From NCBI GenBank assembly GCA_030446955.1, contig JAUJMG010000004.1, positions 1,393 to 37,412 of the forward strand: a stretch of 36,020 nt of DNA, given 5' to 3'. The notes beneath the pieces were generated by a model. It was given only the letters and a program-made list of their open reading frames with translations. It searched no databases and was not told the DNA's origin. Positions 34,992 to 36,020 of the stretch are shown in pieces. The translations under genes were made by a program, and so were the position numbers. Position 1 is the first letter of the stretch, and every line of letters starts with the position of its first letter. Source of the DNA: Thermomicrobiales bacterium. Its GTDB lineage: Bacteria; Chloroflexota; Chloroflexia; Thermomicrobiales; UBA6265.

Positions 34992-35289
34992 GGAGGCCGC
35001 CTAGCGCGTGGTATCGTTGCCACGACCTCACGGCGGTTCGCCCCGCCCCCCGCCATGGAAGGGATTCGTGCCTCGTCTCCAGATGAACCAGAAAGTGGTC
35101 GTGGCCGTCGTCTACGTCTCGGCCATGCTCATGAGTTCCCTCGACTCGACGATCGTCAACGTCGCCCTCGCCACCCTCGGCCGCGAGTTCAACGTCACAC
35201 CCGCCTCGATCGAGGCGGTGGTGATCGGCTACCTCGTCAGCCTCGCCGCCTTTATCCCTGCCTCCGGCTGGCTCGGCGACCGCTTCGGC
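34992..35289 (+). repeat. copy B of duplicated MFS leader plus first 69 codons (part of the intact gene)
   Basis: See copy A. Similarity ends at GGC 35287-35289, after which the intact gene continues 'TKRIFLVALG'. Confidence 0.9.
35008..35023 (+). promoter_or_regulatory. operator-like imperfect palindrome in the MFS leader
   Basis: GTGGTAT-CG-TTGCCAC has half-sites GTGGTA / GTGGCA (reverse complement). It overlaps a TGgTATCGT extended -10-like element (35009-35017). Only the left half is kept in copy A. Confidence 0.3.
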
Positions 35290-36020
35290 ACCAAACGCAT
35301 CTTCCTCGTCGCGCTGGGCCTCTTCACCGTCGCCTCCGCGCTCTGCGGCCTCGCCCAGAGCCTGAACCAACTGATTGCCTTCCGCGTTCTCCAGGGCGCC
35401 GGCGGCGGACTGCTCACCCCCGTCGGCATGGCCATGCTCTACCGCGCCTTCCCGCCGGAGGAGCGAGTTCGGGTCTCGCGCATCCTCATGTTCGCGCTCA
35501 TCCTCGGCCCCGCCTCGGGACCGGTCCTGGGCGGCCTCCTGATCGAGCGCCTCTCCTGGCGCTGGGCCTTCTACGTCAACATCCCCGTCGGCCTCGCCGC
35601 GCTCGCGTTCGGCCTCCTCTTTCTTCACGAACACCGGGAGCCCGCCGCGGGACGCTTCGACCTGCCCGGCTTCCTGCTCGCCGGGAGCGGTCTCGGGCTC
35701 TTCATGTACGCCCTGAGCGAGGGACCGGCGCGCGGCTGGGACTCGCCCGTCATCCTGCTCTGCGCCATCGCGGGCGCCCTCCTTCTGGCCGCGTTTGTCG
35801 TCGTGGAGCTGCGCGTCGCCGCGCCGATGGTCCAGCTCCGGCTGCTCGGGAACCGGCTCTTCCGCACCACCCTCCTGGTCTCCCTCTTCGCCACCGCCGG
35901 ATTCATCGGCGTCCTCTTCCTCGTCCCGCTCTTCCTCCAGGAGGCGCGCGGCGCCTCCCCCCTCGCCTCCGGCCTGACCACCTTTCCCGAAGCCCTCGGC
36001 GTCGTCCTCTCGACCCAGGT
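35083..36020 (+). CDS. DHA2-family (EmrB/QacA-type) MFS efflux transporter, 5' partial (continues past the window end)
   Basis: Open frame from ATG 35083 to the window end, absent from the track because it has no stop. 'LDSTIVNVALATL', 'GWLGDRFGTKRIFL', 'FRVLQGAGGGLLTP', 'WRWAFYVNIPVG'. An in-frame GTG at 35068 is an alternative start. Confidence 0.9.
   Translation, partial: MNQKVVVAVVYVSAMLMSSLDSTIVNVALATLGREFNVTPASIEAVVIGYLVSLAAFIPASGWLGDRFGTKRIFLVALGLFTVASALCGLAQSLNQLIAFRVLQGAGGGLLTPVGMAMLYRAFPPEERVRVSRILMFALILGPASGPVLGGLLIERLSWRWAFYVNIPVGLAALAFGLLFLHEHREPAAGRFDLPGFLLAGSGLGLFMYALSEGPARGWDSPVILLCAIAGALLLAAFVVVELRVAAPMVQLRLLGNRLFRTTLLVSLFATAGFIGVLFLVPLFLQEARGASPLASGLTTFPEALGVVLSTQ

Noticed and set aside
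35022-35033. ACGA and ACGG tetranucleotides in the MFS leader as a guanidine-II (mini-ykkC) riboswitch
   Set aside because: The ACGR motifs are not presented as tetraloops closed by G-C-rich stems (flanks are C...C), and the spacing does not give two hairpins.
1-36020. CRISPR arrays, tRNA/rRNA genes, IS elements, integrases
   Set aside because: Reading both strands, I found no regularly spaced direct repeats, no cloverleaf-like or rRNA-like sequence, and no transposase/recombinase-like ORF. The only repeats found are those at 33.6-35.3 kb.

Overview
High-GC bacterial chromosomal window. The protein style suggests a Chloroflexota/Thermomicrobia-like or actinobacterial-like organism, but that is only a guess. 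It falls into five blocks.
(1) 0.6-5.7 kb: a small DUF5679-like zinc-ribbon gene (+) converges on a minus-strand string of argS, a chorismate-mutase-domain protein and an arginase-family gene, with a small membrane protein beyond argS.
(2) 6.0-11.6 kb: a complete caa3-type cytochrome c oxidase operon, ctaC-ctaD-ctaE-ctaF-ctaG (+).
(3) 11.7-14.3 kb: two hypothetical membrane proteins and a translationally coupled HipA-like kinase / DUF3037 pair of unknown function.
(4) 14.4-33.6 kb: a roughly 19 kb minus-strand surface-polysaccharide locus. In transcription order it holds a CapD/WbpM-like dehydratase, a WecA/WbpL-like initiating transferase, ugd, a UDP-glucuronate 4-epimerase, rmlB-rmlA-rmlC, Wzx, Wzy, GT2, GT4, one opposite-strand acetyltransferase, GT4, a Wzz/BY-kinase gene broken by an in-frame TGA, and a zinc-ribbon/TolB-like propeller protein.
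(5) 33.6-36.0 kb: a rearranged junction. About 290 nt (leader plus the first 69 codons of a DHA2 MFS efflux gene) occurs twice. The two copies bracket a lower-GC two-gene cassette with its own direct repeats and about 390 nt of ORF-free, apparently decayed sequence. The intact MFS gene runs off the window end.
I recognised no rRNA, tRNA, CRISPR array, transposase or integrase. Many long ORFs in the track are alternative-frame artefacts of the high GC content.
The most interesting items are the kinase/DUF3037 pair, the cassette with the duplicated MFS 5' end, and the interrupted BY-kinase.
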